Shown one piece after another: positions 19,934 through 30,900 of a DNA stretch of 64,000 bases. The notes below the pieces were generated by a model that saw only the letters and a list, made by a program, of their open reading frames with translations, ran no database searches and was not told the DNA's origin. Source of the stretch: Nitrosopumilaceae archaeon (GTDB lineage: Archaea; Thermoproteota; Nitrososphaeria; Nitrososphaerales; Nitrosopumilaceae); assembly GCA_965209085.1 (NCBI GenBank), contig OZ242376.1:352001-416000 (forward strand), written 5' to 3'. The stretch's first letter is position 1. Every line of letters begins with the position of its first letter. The translations under genes and the position numbers were made by a program.

Positions 19934-20812
19934 ATGGATTTTCAAAAGATACTAAACGAATACACTTTGGAGGATTTTCCTGCAGGCCTGACCGGATGCA
20001 GAAGTGACGGCACATCGCACGAATGCTGCGAATATGATCTTACTGTATTTGATGAACGCAATGAGCTTGATACTGTGGCAGAATACGGGGATTCACTAGT
20101 ATGCATAAGACACCGTTCACTTTCATCGCCGCGTTCTCCGGACATGGTAAGATATGATGATATGAAAATAATTTCCGATGCATCGTGGGATCTGCACATG
20201 TTACTTGCGCGCATACGTGAAAAACGAACCGAACTGTATGCCGATTACATGAGGGATTCACTTATCGATTCGATGTTTTGCACCACAAAATTTCGAGAAG
20301 GGTTGAAAATGTCGGATCCATTTGCAATCTGCTGGATAAAATGTGCCGCGTTGTACCTGGCTGATGCCGCACTTTTATCATGCATGGAAAGACCGTCTCC
20401 AACACACGCACTGCATAAACTTCGCATGGTGCAAAAAAAGATCTCCGGTAACGCGTTTTCACTGGTAAACGAATGCATGGGAGCTGAACGCGCCACACCT
20501 TCGCTGCTTGAACGCATGGCAAAATCCACCGCGGGATTTTCCGATACGGTGGAAGGAAACGATCATTCAAAAATAATACTGCACAAAACCAAATATCTTT
20601 TGTCCGAATCGCTTTTGGCAGACTGTTATTTCTATCTCCAGTATGAAAACAGGAACATGCTGATAAAAATAAAAAACCAACTCCGAAAGAAACCCGATCT
20701 GATTTACATATTAAAAGTGTCAATGGATGTGGGGGTGGATACGGGCATGCTGGAAAATTACGCCCACAGGCTGTACGGGGAGGCAAGCCGTATACTTGCT
20801 GAACGTACGTAA
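19934..20812 (+). CDS. Hypothetical protein with nucleotidyltransferase-like N-terminus
   Basis: GLTGCRSDG...CEYDLTVF followed by a helical region; start moved to ATG 19934 to avoid the CDGSH gene. Confidence 0.65.
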   Translation: MDFQKILNEYTLEDFPAGLTGCRSDGTSHECCEYDLTVFDERNELDTVAEYGDSLVCIRHRSLSSPRSPDMVRYDDMKIISDASWDLHMLLARIREKRTELYADYMRDSLIDSMFCTTKFREGLKMSDPFAICWIKCAALYLADAALLSCMERPSPTHALHKLRMVQKKISGNAFSLVNECMGAERATPSLLERMAKSTAGFSDTVEGNDHSKIILHKTKYLLSESLLADCYFYLQYENRNMLIKIKNQLRKKPDLIYILKVSMDVGVDTGMLENYAHRLYGEASRILAERT

Positions 20813-20885
20813 AATGATACGAATATGTGAAAACACCTGTGTGGTTTTTCTAAACCTTTAAACTAAACTCTTTGAAAATGTCACC

Positions 20886-21026
20886 ATGTCAGATGCATCA
20901 TGCGGTTGCGACGCCTCCAACGAGACCGGTAACATATGTGATTGCGACATACAGGGGCAATGTTTTTGCGATGCAACATGCGAGTGCAGATCCAACCTTT
21001 GTAAAGACGCAACAAAAGACATGTAA
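20886..21026 (+). CDS. Metallothionein-like Cys-rich microprotein (46 aa)
   Basis: MSDASCGCDASNETGNICDCDIQGQCFCDATCECRSNLCKDATKDM: 9 Cys, four CxC; TTTAAA about 25-30 nt upstream of the ATG. Confidence 0.78.
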   Translation: MSDASCGCDASNETGNICDCDIQGQCFCDATCECRSNLCKDATKDM

Positions 21027-21130
21027 AATGTCCATTATGCACTATTTTTTAGATACTTTTACTATGCGTGATCATTTTTTTGATAAATATACCGTAATGT
21101 ATTAAAGCAAATTTGGCATGTGGTAATTAT

Positions 21131-21919
21131 ATGAAGTACGTTTTACTTGCATTTACAATTCTAACCGTTTTTGGAGCCATACAACATGTTGCTGCACTGG
21201 ATACAGGCACTGCGGCCGAAAACGATTGTCCAAGAGACTATGATTATGTGCAAATCCAAAAAAATTCTTCGCTCTCATCATACCTAATCGATGTGACATA
21301 CGGTCCGCCTGAGATTAAACTTGGATGTGACATTGAATGGATCATAAATTTTTTAAACCCGCGCAACCAATCTGAATTTTTAGAAAACGTCCAGTATGAC
21401 ATTATTTTGGATGCATCCGTGAATAATAACGATCCGCACATTATCCAATCACTTGCATCAGACGAAGGAGGTCGGTTCCTATATTCGTCATCAGGACAGG
21501 CTGAAAAATTTATGACGGTAAACCATTCCATCAATCCGACAAAATATGTGATTCTAGTGTACGGTCTCTCACCTTTGGATGTAAAACCGTCTGGATTCTT
21601 TGAAACTTTGGAGATAAACGTACCATTTAACGAACCTACCGTACCGGTAAAGTTCGTACCGGAATGGATAAAAAAATCCGCCTCGTTTTGGATTCAGGGT
21701 CATACCGGCGACATTGAATTTGTCTCCGCAATGCAGTATCTGGTAAACGAGGGCATCATAGTACTGCCTCCTACAGAAAGCGGCTCTGACACGGACGGAG
21801 GTATCCCAGGCTGGATCAAAAATACGGTGGGATTTTGGGTGGACGGACATACAACTGATGCAAAATTCACAAGTGCCATACAATACCTTGTAAAACAGGG
21901 CATCATTGTTCTCTCATAG
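21131..21919 (+). CDS. Secreted protein with two C-terminal thaumarchaeal (V/I)PxWIK repeats; shortened paralogue of the next gene
   Basis: Signal peptide; VPEWIKKSASFW...EFVSAMQYLV..GII and IPGWIKNTVGFW. Confidence 0.82.
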   Translation: MKYVLLAFTILTVFGAIQHVAALDTGTAAENDCPRDYDYVQIQKNSSLSSYLIDVTYGPPEIKLGCDIEWIINFLNPRNQSEFLENVQYDIILDASVNNNDPHIIQSLASDEGGRFLYSSSGQAEKFMTVNHSINPTKYVILVYGLSPLDVKPSGFFETLEINVPFNEPTVPVKFVPEWIKKSASFWIQGHTGDIEFVSAMQYLVNEGIIVLPPTESGSDTDGGIPGWIKNTVGFWVDGHTTDAKFTSAIQYLVKQGIIVLS

Positions 21920-22053
21920 ATGCAAACTCTGGTCAGATATTGCCAAAATCGTTCATAACGGGATAAAACACATGTTACGTTTAGTGCCTAACATGTAAAA
22001 ATTTTTGAAAAATCTGGCATAAAATATTATAATGGGTGCGAATAAACAACATT

Positions 22054-23487
22054 ATGAAATACATATCTGCTGCATTTGTAATTTTATTTGTAATCGGTGC
22101 AGCACAGCATGCTGCAGCGCAGGATATCGGAGGCGGCGTGGACAAGAAAGGAACCTGGTACGTGGGCGAAGGTCTCAAAATAGGAGAAAGATTTGAATAT
22201 TCTGTGTGCCATGTGGCGTATAAAGAGTGCACGCCTTTGGTAATGGATTTTTGGATCAAAGGTAATATTGTAGAAGGCACTGAAACCAAATGGCTGGTCG
22301 AGACTGTCGTATATGATGGAAAAAAAATAATCAAAGGCCAGATGCATCTTGGCAAAGTGGCTCCGGAACCTACGGGAGGCTCACTTGAATTGCGTTCGTA
22401 CGCAAGCGTATTCAAATCTTCGATTGTATGGCTTTCTGCATTTGCAACCTCTTATGGCGGCGAAGGAGGGGAAGGTCCAAAAGAATTCAAGGCCGTCTCG
22501 TGGGGCAAAATAGGCAACATTGGAGGTCAGCAGGTAAAACCAACCCAGATAGAAACTGTAAGCACAAGAGAGGGCATAATATATGATGCGGTGCAGGTAT
22601 CGTGGCGTACCGGAGGCTCGACTAGCAAGATTTGGATTGTAGATGAATTCCCGTTCCCGGTTAAAGCTAGTACGTGGGTACACGTAGCGGAAGGCATTCC
22701 GCCGCAAGAATACAAATTTGAACTGTTAAATTATGAAGATGGAGTAACGGAGGATCCGTATGCTGACATAGTACCGACCGCTCTAAAAATCAAGCCAATA
22801 AACTGCCCAACAGATTATGATTATGTCAAAGTCAAAAAAACATCATCTGGGAATTCTTATCTGATAGATCTCAAATACGGTCCGCCGGAGATTAAATTTG
22901 GATGCGACATTGAATGGATTATAAACTTCCGCAGTCCGTACGATGAATCTGACTTTGTGTATCAGGTTCAATACGATATTTTTGTGGAAGATCCAAACAA
23001 TGCAGAGATTGTCCAATCGCTTGCAAAAGATGAAGGTAGCCAGTTCCTGTATTCGGCGTCGGGGCAGATTAGAAGACACATGGAAACTGACACTTTTTTT
23101 AATCCTACAAAATACATCGTCATAGTGTACGGGCTGGCGGCAAAGGATGAGGTACCAAAAGAATTACCTGAAACTCTGGAGATAAACGTACCATTTAACG
23201 AACCTACCGTGCCAGTAAAATTCGTACCGAAATGGATAAAAAAATCCGCCTCGTTTTGGATTCAGGGTAATACTAGCGACATTGAATTTGTCTCCGCAAT
23301 GCAGTATCTGGTAAACGAGGGCATCATAGTTTTGCCACAGACTGAAAAAACCCAGGATTCTGGAGGAAATATTCTAAATTGGATAAAACAGACAGTGAGA
23401 TTCTGGGTGGATGGCCATACAACTGATGCAGAATTCACAAATGCCATACAATACCTTGTAAAACAGGGCATAATCGTCCTCTCCTAG
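22054..23487 (+). CDS. Secreted protein with two C-terminal thaumarchaeal WIK repeats
   Basis: Signal peptide; N-domain GTWYVGEGLK...EFPFPVKA; C-terminal half paralogous to the preceding gene. Confidence 0.85.
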   Translation: MKYISAAFVILFVIGAAQHAAAQDIGGGVDKKGTWYVGEGLKIGERFEYSVCHVAYKECTPLVMDFWIKGNIVEGTETKWLVETVVYDGKKIIKGQMHLGKVAPEPTGGSLELRSYASVFKSSIVWLSAFATSYGGEGGEGPKEFKAVSWGKIGNIGGQQVKPTQIETVSTREGIIYDAVQVSWRTGGSTSKIWIVDEFPFPVKASTWVHVAEGIPPQEYKFELLNYEDGVTEDPYADIVPTALKIKPINCPTDYDYVKVKKTSSGNSYLIDLKYGPPEIKFGCDIEWIINFRSPYDESDFVYQVQYDIFVEDPNNAEIVQSLAKDEGSQFLYSASGQIRRHMETDTFFNPTKYIVIVYGLAAKDEVPKELPETLEINVPFNEPTVPVKFVPKWIKKSASFWIQGNTSDIEFVSAMQYLVNEGIIVLPQTEKTQDSGGNILNWIKQTVRFWVDGHTTDAEFTNAIQYLVKQGIIVLS

Positions 23488-23532
23488 GCGTATCGGGGTA
23501 GACTTAAACCGTACACGTGATCAAAACTGCTC

Positions 23533-23886
23533 ATGACAGGATTTTTTTCAAAACCAAAGCGCACGCTGCGTAAAATGGCAAAAAACGGCGATTACAAGGA
23601 GGCACTTGAATACGGGCGCAGCATTGCCGCACAGTACGAAAAGGATCATGATTATCTGTTCATAATGGGCGGCATACACTATATTTTGGATGATGCAAAA
23701 AACGTCTTTTACTATATGGACAGGGTTCTTGAAATAAATCCGTATGATACTGATGCTTTGCATCTAAAGGCCAGCGTATACGCTGCATCGGACGATAAAA
23801 AAAAGACGACCGAATACTGTGGAAAAATTCTGGACATTGATTCTGAACACCAGGGTGCAAGGGAACTGTTAGACCGTTTGAGGTAA
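23533..23886 (+). CDS. TPR repeat protein
   Basis: YMDRVLEINPYDTDALHLKA, CGKILDIDSEH. Confidence 0.82.
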   Translation: MTGFFSKPKRTLRKMAKNGDYKEALEYGRSIAAQYEKDHDYLFIMGGIHYILDDAKNVFYYMDRVLEINPYDTDALHLKASVYAASDDKKKTTEYCGKILDIDSEHQGARELLDRLR

Positions 23887-24348
23887 AAGATAGACATTCT
23901 TCATGAGCCAATCGCAGTATTCTGTGACCTGCGGGGTAAATTCACACCATATGTGCAGCGAGTGGGGGAGAATATCTATGCGGCCTCCCTCATGAAACAC
24001 TTTTGCACCTTCCTTTCCCTCGTACATGTACGCATCCTGTGTTTTAGATCCGGGTATTTTTTCATGCGCTGTGGTTTTTATAATTCCGCGTTCTATGGGG
24101 AACCTGGTTTTACTCTGATCCATAATTATGCTGATATCGCGTTTGCCGTACATGTCAAATTCTTCTATGCGGCTCTGACCTGGAAAATTTACGATGATTT
24201 TTACGCCGTATTTTCCCCCCACCTCGCCCCCAAGTTTGGTAATCAGCGTATACGCCATGGCAGGATTCTTTTTTAACATGACCCTGATCTGTGGCATGTT
24301 GGATTGAAGATGTGTCTGCAGTGCTCTGGTAATTTCCGTAAAGAACAT
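23869..24348 (-). CDS. Hypothetical protein
   Basis: Start trimmed to ATG 24348 to remove overlap with the divergent gene. Confidence 0.7.
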   Translation of the reverse strand: MFFTEITRALQTHLQSNMPQIRVMLKKNPAMAYTLITKLGGEVGGKYGVKIIVNFPGQSRIEEFDMYGKRDISIIMDQSKTRFPIERGIIKTTAHEKIPGSKTQDAYMYEGKEGAKVFHEGGRIDILPHSLHIWCEFTPQVTEYCDWLMKNVYLLPQTV

Positions 24349-24391
24349 TATACAAATGACCTTGAATGGCGCAGTATATTTGTAAAGCGTC

Positions 24392-25069
24392 ATGATCGGG
24401 TTTTTAACACAACATGGCGGCAAAACTTTGATGGCGATGCCTATGCAAGGTTCCGACGCATACGATGAATCCGAGCGTACGACCAACGTGGACAGCTACC
24501 GTATAACGTGCACATCTTTCATCGAGGACATATCCAAGGACTATCTTGAATGGGTTGACAGGTACGAGCTCCCAAAAGAAGAGGATGCCCGACGCCGCAC
24601 CGAGATTGCCGCCACGATTGAAAAAACAAACCACTGGATTTCCAAAATTGCCCAGTCGATACGCGCAATAGACGTGGTAATGAACGATGGAATTCAAAAA
24701 ATGGCCGAAGCTACGGCGGGAAGGCCATTTGAAATTGGGGTTTTTGTAAACGGTGCCGCCGGATATACTGTGGCAAATCCGGGCAGCCTAAAGGTGCTTG
24801 TAAAAGCCTCGGGTAGGGAGGGCAGGCAAACAAAACTTGGATTCTACTTTAAGGATATGAGGTTTCGTGTGGAATCCACCGCGCATGCCACACTTGCGGT
24901 ACAGCAGGAGTGCGAGTCCGAATACGACCTGATGCAACTACATCTGACACTTGATGCCAGCCTGTGCAAGCCGCGCGATATTGTTTCATTTACGGTGACA
25001 GTCTCGGAGATAAAAGACGGCCAGGAATCGGACAGACGCGGACTTAGCACTATTGTACATTTAGTCTGA
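24392..25069 (+). CDS. Hypothetical protein
   Basis: 225-aa ORF filling the gap with typical composition. Confidence 0.7.
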   Translation: MIGFLTQHGGKTLMAMPMQGSDAYDESERTTNVDSYRITCTSFIEDISKDYLEWVDRYELPKEEDARRRTEIAATIEKTNHWISKIAQSIRAIDVVMNDGIQKMAEATAGRPFEIGVFVNGAAGYTVANPGSLKVLVKASGREGRQTKLGFYFKDMRFRVESTAHATLAVQQECESEYDLMQLHLTLDASLCKPRDIVSFTVTVSEIKDGQESDRRGLSTIVHLV

Positions 25070-25367
25070 CGCGTATTGCAACCCTGCGTTCTGCGGCGCG
25101 CGCATCATCTGAATATTTTATTCTGCATACGCGGCGTACAATCTCCTCGTCTTCTACAGGCTCTGCCGTACCCGGAAGAGTCTTACCTTCGATGGTTACA
25201 GTTACCGCGCCGTTTGCCACGCAGTTTTTGTACCAGTCGCTGTCCGGCTTGTGCCGGGTAAGATACACGTCGCCGCCGTACATTACCGCCAATAGTTCTT
25301 TTTTATGTTCCCTGCCGGTTATTCTGCCGTGCGCTGTAAGCACCGTATGAAAGCGGCTATTACTCAT
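25050..25367 (-). CDS. Deazaflavin(F420)-dependent nitroreductase family (DUF385-like)
   Basis: LTAHGRITGREH, SDWYKNCVANGAVTV. Confidence 0.78.
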   Translation of the reverse strand: MSNSRFHTVLTAHGRITGREHKKELLAVMYGGDVYLTRHKPDSDWYKNCVANGAVTVTIEGKTLPGTAEPVEDEEIVRRVCRIKYSDDARAAERRVAIRVRLNVQ

Positions 25368-25454
25368 GTGTGATATTATAATGTCAAGTAATTTAACCCC
25401 GCTGTCTGATTTATCTGATTTTTATGCTGATATGCTCATATCAAAACATACGGT

Positions 25455-25907
25455 ATGTCAAATATGATGGATGGAATGCGCGAATGTGCGGCAACAGCTG
25501 ATACGTTTACCGGCAAAAAAGTAGTGGACAAAGAAGGCATTGAATATGGAACTGTAAAACACGTCTTTGTGGGTCAGGACAGCCTAGAGGTTACAGGTGT
25601 GGCGATAAACTATGGATTCCGCAAGGAATACTATCTGCCAAAGGCGTTTATAGCTAAATTTACGGAAAAAACACTCCAGCTCTCAAAATCCCCCGTCCGC
25701 AAGGGCGTCAAAGTGGTGGATATTGACGGCAAAAAACTGGGCAAGGTGGGAAACATACACCGCGATGCAAAGACTGGAAATTTGGAATCAATTACGGTCT
25801 CATCCGGACCGCTTTCAAACAAAGTGATCGGCAAAAATTCGATATGGGGCGTGGGCAAAAATGTTTCCCTGAGTCTCACGCGTGAAGAATTTAAAAAACT
25901 GGACTAG
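25455..25907 (+). CDS. Tandem PRC-barrel protein
   Basis: GKKVVDKEGIEYGTV and GVKVVDIDGKKLGKV. Confidence 0.85.
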   Translation: MSNMMDGMRECAATADTFTGKKVVDKEGIEYGTVKHVFVGQDSLEVTGVAINYGFRKEYYLPKAFIAKFTEKTLQLSKSPVRKGVKVVDIDGKKLGKVGNIHRDAKTGNLESITVSSGPLSNKVIGKNSIWGVGKNVSLSLTREEFKKLD

Positions 25908-26005
25908 TTTTTATTTTTCTCAAAGCATTCCTTGCATGTGGGAAGTCCGTCCATTATGACGGTCTCAAGATTGGATCTGTTGCAGATGTGGCATAAGCCT
26001 TTCAT
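25904..26005 (-). CDS. C4 zinc-finger microprotein (33 aa)
   Basis: MKGLCHICNRSNLETVIMDGLPTCKECFEKNKN; stop shares CTAG with the PRC gene. Confidence 0.68.
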   Translation of the reverse strand: MKGLCHICNRSNLETVIMDGLPTCKECFEKNKN

Positions 26006-26076
26006 AAACGGTTTAAAATCATAGAGTATTTTATCCGTTTCCCGTCATTTATAATCGGAATAAACGTGGCAATCGT

Positions 26077-27069
26077 GTGTATGCCGTAGAAACAAAATCC
26101 CTTACAAAAATGTACGGGAATTCGACGGCGCTTGATTCAATATCCCTCAAAGTTGAAGAGGGTGAGATCTATGGATTTTTGGGACCAAACGGGGCCGGAA
26201 AGAGCACCACCATGATGATACTGACAACACTGCTAAAACCTACGTCCGGTTCTGCATTTGTATTTGGCGACAACGTTCTTACCGACGCCCGCAAAGTGCG
26301 ATGCAACATAGGATGCGTACAGCAGGATACGGTGGCAGATGAATTTCTAACCGGAAGGGAAAACCTGTATCTGCAGGCCCGGCTTAGCCACATACCTTCT
26401 GGGGATGCAAAGCGGCGCATAGATGAGATACTCTCAATGATAGAGCTTGAAGACCGGCAAAACGATCCGGTACTGACGTATTCTGGAGGAATGCGCAAAC
26501 GGCTTGACATTGCCAGCGGTCTGCTGCACATGCCGCGTGTGCTGTTTCTTGACGAACCAACGGTAGGTCTTGACACGCAGACGCGCAGAAGAATATGGGA
26601 ATACATACGCAGAATAAACGGCGAGTACGGAATGAGCGTGTTTTTGACCACGCATTATATGGATGAGGCAGATCAGCTGTGCAGCCGCGTGGCCATAATA
26701 GACAAGGGAAAGATACAGGCGGTGGATACGCCTTCGGCCATGAAAAAATCACTCGGTGGCGAGGTTGTACGGCTTTCCGTGGAAACCGGTGCAGCAGATC
26801 TGGCAAAAAAACTGGCAGAATCCAAGTACGTATCGGAGGTGGCCTCGGTTGCAGGCGGAGAGATAAAGATGTACGTCAACGACGGGGTAAAGGCAACGCG
26901 TGATGTGATGCAGATATGCGGCCAGATTGGTTCTGAGATTGTCTCGCTTTCAGTGGGACAACAGACGCTTGATGACGTATTTGTCTCGTATACTGGCCGT
27001 GATCTGCGCGACAGCGGAGGATTTGACAGAAAAAAAGAGAAACGCAAAATGAGGAAGATGCGGCTGTGA
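26077..27069 (+). CDS. ABC exporter ATP-binding protein (DrrA-like)
   Basis: GPNGAGKST, YSGGM, LFLDEPT, TTHYMDEA. Confidence 0.95.
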   Translation: MYAVETKSLTKMYGNSTALDSISLKVEEGEIYGFLGPNGAGKSTTMMILTTLLKPTSGSAFVFGDNVLTDARKVRCNIGCVQQDTVADEFLTGRENLYLQARLSHIPSGDAKRRIDEILSMIELEDRQNDPVLTYSGGMRKRLDIASGLLHMPRVLFLDEPTVGLDTQTRRRIWEYIRRINGEYGMSVFLTTHYMDEADQLCSRVAIIDKGKIQAVDTPSAMKKSLGGEVVRLSVETGAADLAKKLAESKYVSEVASVAGGEIKMYVNDGVKATRDVMQICGQIGSEIVSLSVGQQTLDDVFVSYTGRDLRDSGGFDRKKEKRKMRKMRL

Positions 27070-27842
27070 TAGTATCCGACGTGTACACTGTATTTTGGAG
27101 GGAGATGAAACGCTATAAAAAATCTCGCAGCGGCGTGCTCATACGTCTAATACAACCGGCAGTATGGATTATAGTTATAGGAAATACGTTTTCCGGAACG
27201 CAGCCTCTCATAGAGGCGGTTGGATTTGACGGGGAATATATTGAATTTATGGCTCCGGGTGTAATCGTACTTACGGCAATATTTACCAGCATCTTTGGAG
27301 GCGTTAATACACTGTGGGACAGACGGTACGGATTTATGAACAAAGTTCTCATGTCGCCAATCTCGAGAGTTTCAATAGCTTTGGGCAAAATGCTCGCAAT
27401 ATCGATGATTGCCGCAATGCAGGCTGCATTAATAATCGCAATAGCATTGGCAATCGGCGTAAGCTATCCTGGAGCGGGCGCCATAGCACTGGTAATGGGT
27501 ATTGTGGTGCTGTTTTCACTGGGATTCTCCGGCATTTCAGTTGCAGTGGCCGCAACTGCAAAGTCGCAGGAGACATTTTGGGGAGTGATCAATTTTCTTG
27601 GAATGCCTCTTTTTATGCTCAGCCCTGCACTTTTTCCACTGGAACTGCTCCCCGATTGGCTCGCTTTTGTGGCAAAACTCAACCCTGTAACGTACACGGT
27701 GTTGTTAATACGCAGTCTAATGACCGGCGTAGACGCGGGCGTACCAACATTTACCAGTCTTGGCGTGATATTCGCATTCGTAATAGTGATGGTATTTGTG
27801 GCCGGATACGTCTTTACACGTGAGGCTACAAAGCCGTTTTAA
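27066..27842 (+). CDS. ABC-2 type permease
   Basis: Six TM segments, FMAPG, LNPVTY; GTGA overlap with the ATPase. Confidence 0.93.
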   Translation: MIVSDVYTVFWREMKRYKKSRSGVLIRLIQPAVWIIVIGNTFSGTQPLIEAVGFDGEYIEFMAPGVIVLTAIFTSIFGGVNTLWDRRYGFMNKVLMSPISRVSIALGKMLAISMIAAMQAALIIAIALAIGVSYPGAGAIALVMGIVVLFSLGFSGISVAVAATAKSQETFWGVINFLGMPLFMLSPALFPLELLPDWLAFVAKLNPVTYTVLLIRSLMTGVDAGVPTFTSLGVIFAFVIVMVFVAGYVFTREATKPF

Positions 27843-27914
27843 TCGTCAAAATTGACCAAATCAGCAAGAAATAATCACACAGAGGATCTTTTTAGATAAA
27901 TTAGAGTAAAATAC

Positions 27915-30900
27915 ATGAAATTCTGGCACCTGTTACCAGCATTGGCGCTCTCTATGATGCTTGCTGCAGCAATTCCTGCAGTCAGTGCAAGCTATGATTA
28001 TCCGTTTGTTCTAAAATGGGGGGAGCGTGGAATTGGAACTTTTGGAGAATTTTCCAGTCCGCAGTATGCAGCAGTTGATTCCAACGGTTCAGTATACGTT
28101 ACGGATCTTGGAAACAAACGAGTTCAAAAATTCAGCGGAGACGGGGAATTTTTAACCGCATGGGGAAATTCCGGCAGCCTGCCAGGAGAGTTTAACGCGC
28201 CGGCAGGAATAGCCGTATACGGGGAGAGTGTTTACGTGGTGGACAGACACCTGCACCGCGTGCAGCAGTTTGATCTTGACGGCAATTTTGTAAATGAATG
28301 GGGATCGAAAGGATCCGGAGACGGGGAATTTTTACTTCCAAATGGAATTGATACTGACATCAACGGTTCCGTATACGTGATTGACACCGGAAACCAGCGG
28401 GTACAGGTATTTACATTTGACGGGGAATATGTTTTTGAATTTGGCTCAAGCGGAACACAAGATGACAAATTTCTAAACCCGGTGGGAATATCCGTGGAGA
28501 ATGGAGCAGCGTACGTGACGGATGCGGGAAACAACGCGGTCAAAAAATTCAAGACAGACGGAACTTTTATAAAAAATTATGATTCAAGCAGCGGCGGACT
28601 TGTGATGGGTCCATACGGAATACAGGGCGACGGGGACGGAAACATGTACATTGCAGACTATCGCAACAACCGCATCCTGTATCTTGGAGGCGACGGTCTT
28701 GCCATAACCTCGTGGGGCAAAGGAGGTGTAAGAGACGGGGACTTTATGTCGCCAACTGATGTTGTCATGGATGATAACGGATATCTTTTTGTAACTGATA
28801 CAAACGGCAACAGAATTCAAAAATTCAGCTCCCCCATGGTGCGGGAGATGTCCATGCCCGAGGAGATTCCTGACGCACCGGAGCAGGAAATTCCAGCAGA
28901 GCCTGAACCCATACAGGGACATCCTGACACTATACCGCCGATACTCCAACTTCCAAACCATATCTCTGGAGATATTGTAAAGCCCACCATACTTGTGCCG
29001 GCGGATCTAACCGTAGAGGTCACCGGACATCTTACCGCGATAAACATTGGCCACGCATCAGCACATGATGAGAGCGGAATACAGTTGCTAACAAACAACG
29101 CGCCTTCAAAATTCACGCTTGGTACCAGCACCATAATCTGGACTGCCATAGACGGTTCGGGCAATTTGGCAGTGGCGCCCCAACAGATAACCGTACAGGA
29201 TACAATGCCTCCGGTAATAACGCCGATGGACAACGTTACACTGCTTGCAGTGCATCCGACGTTAAATTTGGTCCTACTAAATGCCCCTAACGTATATGAT
29301 ACACTGGGCGTACTCTCGCTTACAAATGATGCGCCAGAGCACTTTGTAATCGGAACCACCGCCGTAACGTGGACTGCAATGGACGTGGTGGCAAATACTG
29401 CAAAATTCGTCCAATACGTCCATCTGGTGGATATTGAGCCGCCCGTACTGTACGTGCCAAAAGCAATAGTGCAGGAAGCGGTTGCAGTTTTTGAAAATCT
29501 CGTAGATCTTGGGAATGCAAACGTGACTGACAACAGCCTTGCAGCGCACGTGGGCAACGACGCTCCTGAATACTTTCCACTTGGAAACACCACTGTAATC
29601 TGGACTGCAACTGACGGTTCGGGAAATTCGATATCCGACGTGCAAAACGTTATGATAACTGACACGACAGCGCCGCAGTTTGATCCAATAAATGCAATCC
29701 TATCCGAGGCTGTCACGGCTGTGGCCAACAAAATAAACCTGACCGAACCTTACGCATATGATGTACAAAATTTTACGATATCAAACAATGCCCCGGACGC
29801 ATTTCCAACGGGAACCACCCTGATAACATGGGTTGCAGTTGACGCGTACGGAAACAAGGCCACAGCAATTCAAAACGTAACCATACGGGACACGACGCCT
29901 CCGGCAATAAACCATACCGGAGATGTAATCGCAGAGGCGGCCGGACCGCACGGAACCCCCGTGGTACTGCAGATACCCCAAACAACTGATGCAATATCTG
30001 CAGTCAACGTGACAAATGACGCACCGGATCTTTACGCACTTGGAGAGACAAACGTAACGTGGATTGCTGCGGATGAAAACGGCAACAATGTGAGCATTAT
30101 ACAAAAAATAACAGTCCTGGATACGATTGCGCCTGAAATTACGATACTGACGGAAATCATTGCAGAAGCTATAGGATACATGAACAATACCGTGGATATC
30201 GGCCTGCCTGTGGTGTATGACATCGTAGGAGTGGAAAATCTGACAAACGATGCCCCGCAGGCGTATGCGGTGGGAACCACGACTGTAACATGGATTGCAT
30301 CTGATGAATCTAAAAACACAGCAAATGCAACGCAGACTGTTACCATAGTGGACACAAAACAGCCATCCATTACTGCACCATTTGACATTATAGTGGAAGC
30401 TCAAAACCCCAACGGCGAACCGGTCGCAATAGGCAAAGCATCGGCAGGCGATGCGGTGGGAATATTCGAGGTGAGACACGACGCGCCTGAAATATTTCCA
30501 TTTGGAATTACAAACGTAACATGGACTGCCACGGACATGTCTGGCAATTCAAATTCCACAGTGCAGACTGTAACCGTACATGACACCGTACCTCCAAGCA
30601 TAACGGCACCGCAAAACGTGACAATAGAGGCGCAAAGTCCTGCATCAAACCGGGTGGAACTGGGCGTTGCACTGGCAGATGATGCAGTAGGCGTGGTGGA
30701 ATTAAGGCACAACTCTCCGCTACTCTTCCTAATGGGAACCACTCTGATAACGTGGACCGCCACTGACGCTTCGGGCAATTTTGCATCAGATGTGCAGACT
30801 GTTTTAGTGCATGATACGAGCAGTCCGGCACTTGAAATTCCAGCGGATATTACAGCAGAAGCTGTATCTGCAAACGGAACCGCGATACCGATAGGTGATG

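Noticed and set aside
20872-21105. 77-aa ORF in the supplied track
   Set aside because: Shadow frame of the Cys-rich 46-aa ORF, which has the better motif and promoter spacing.
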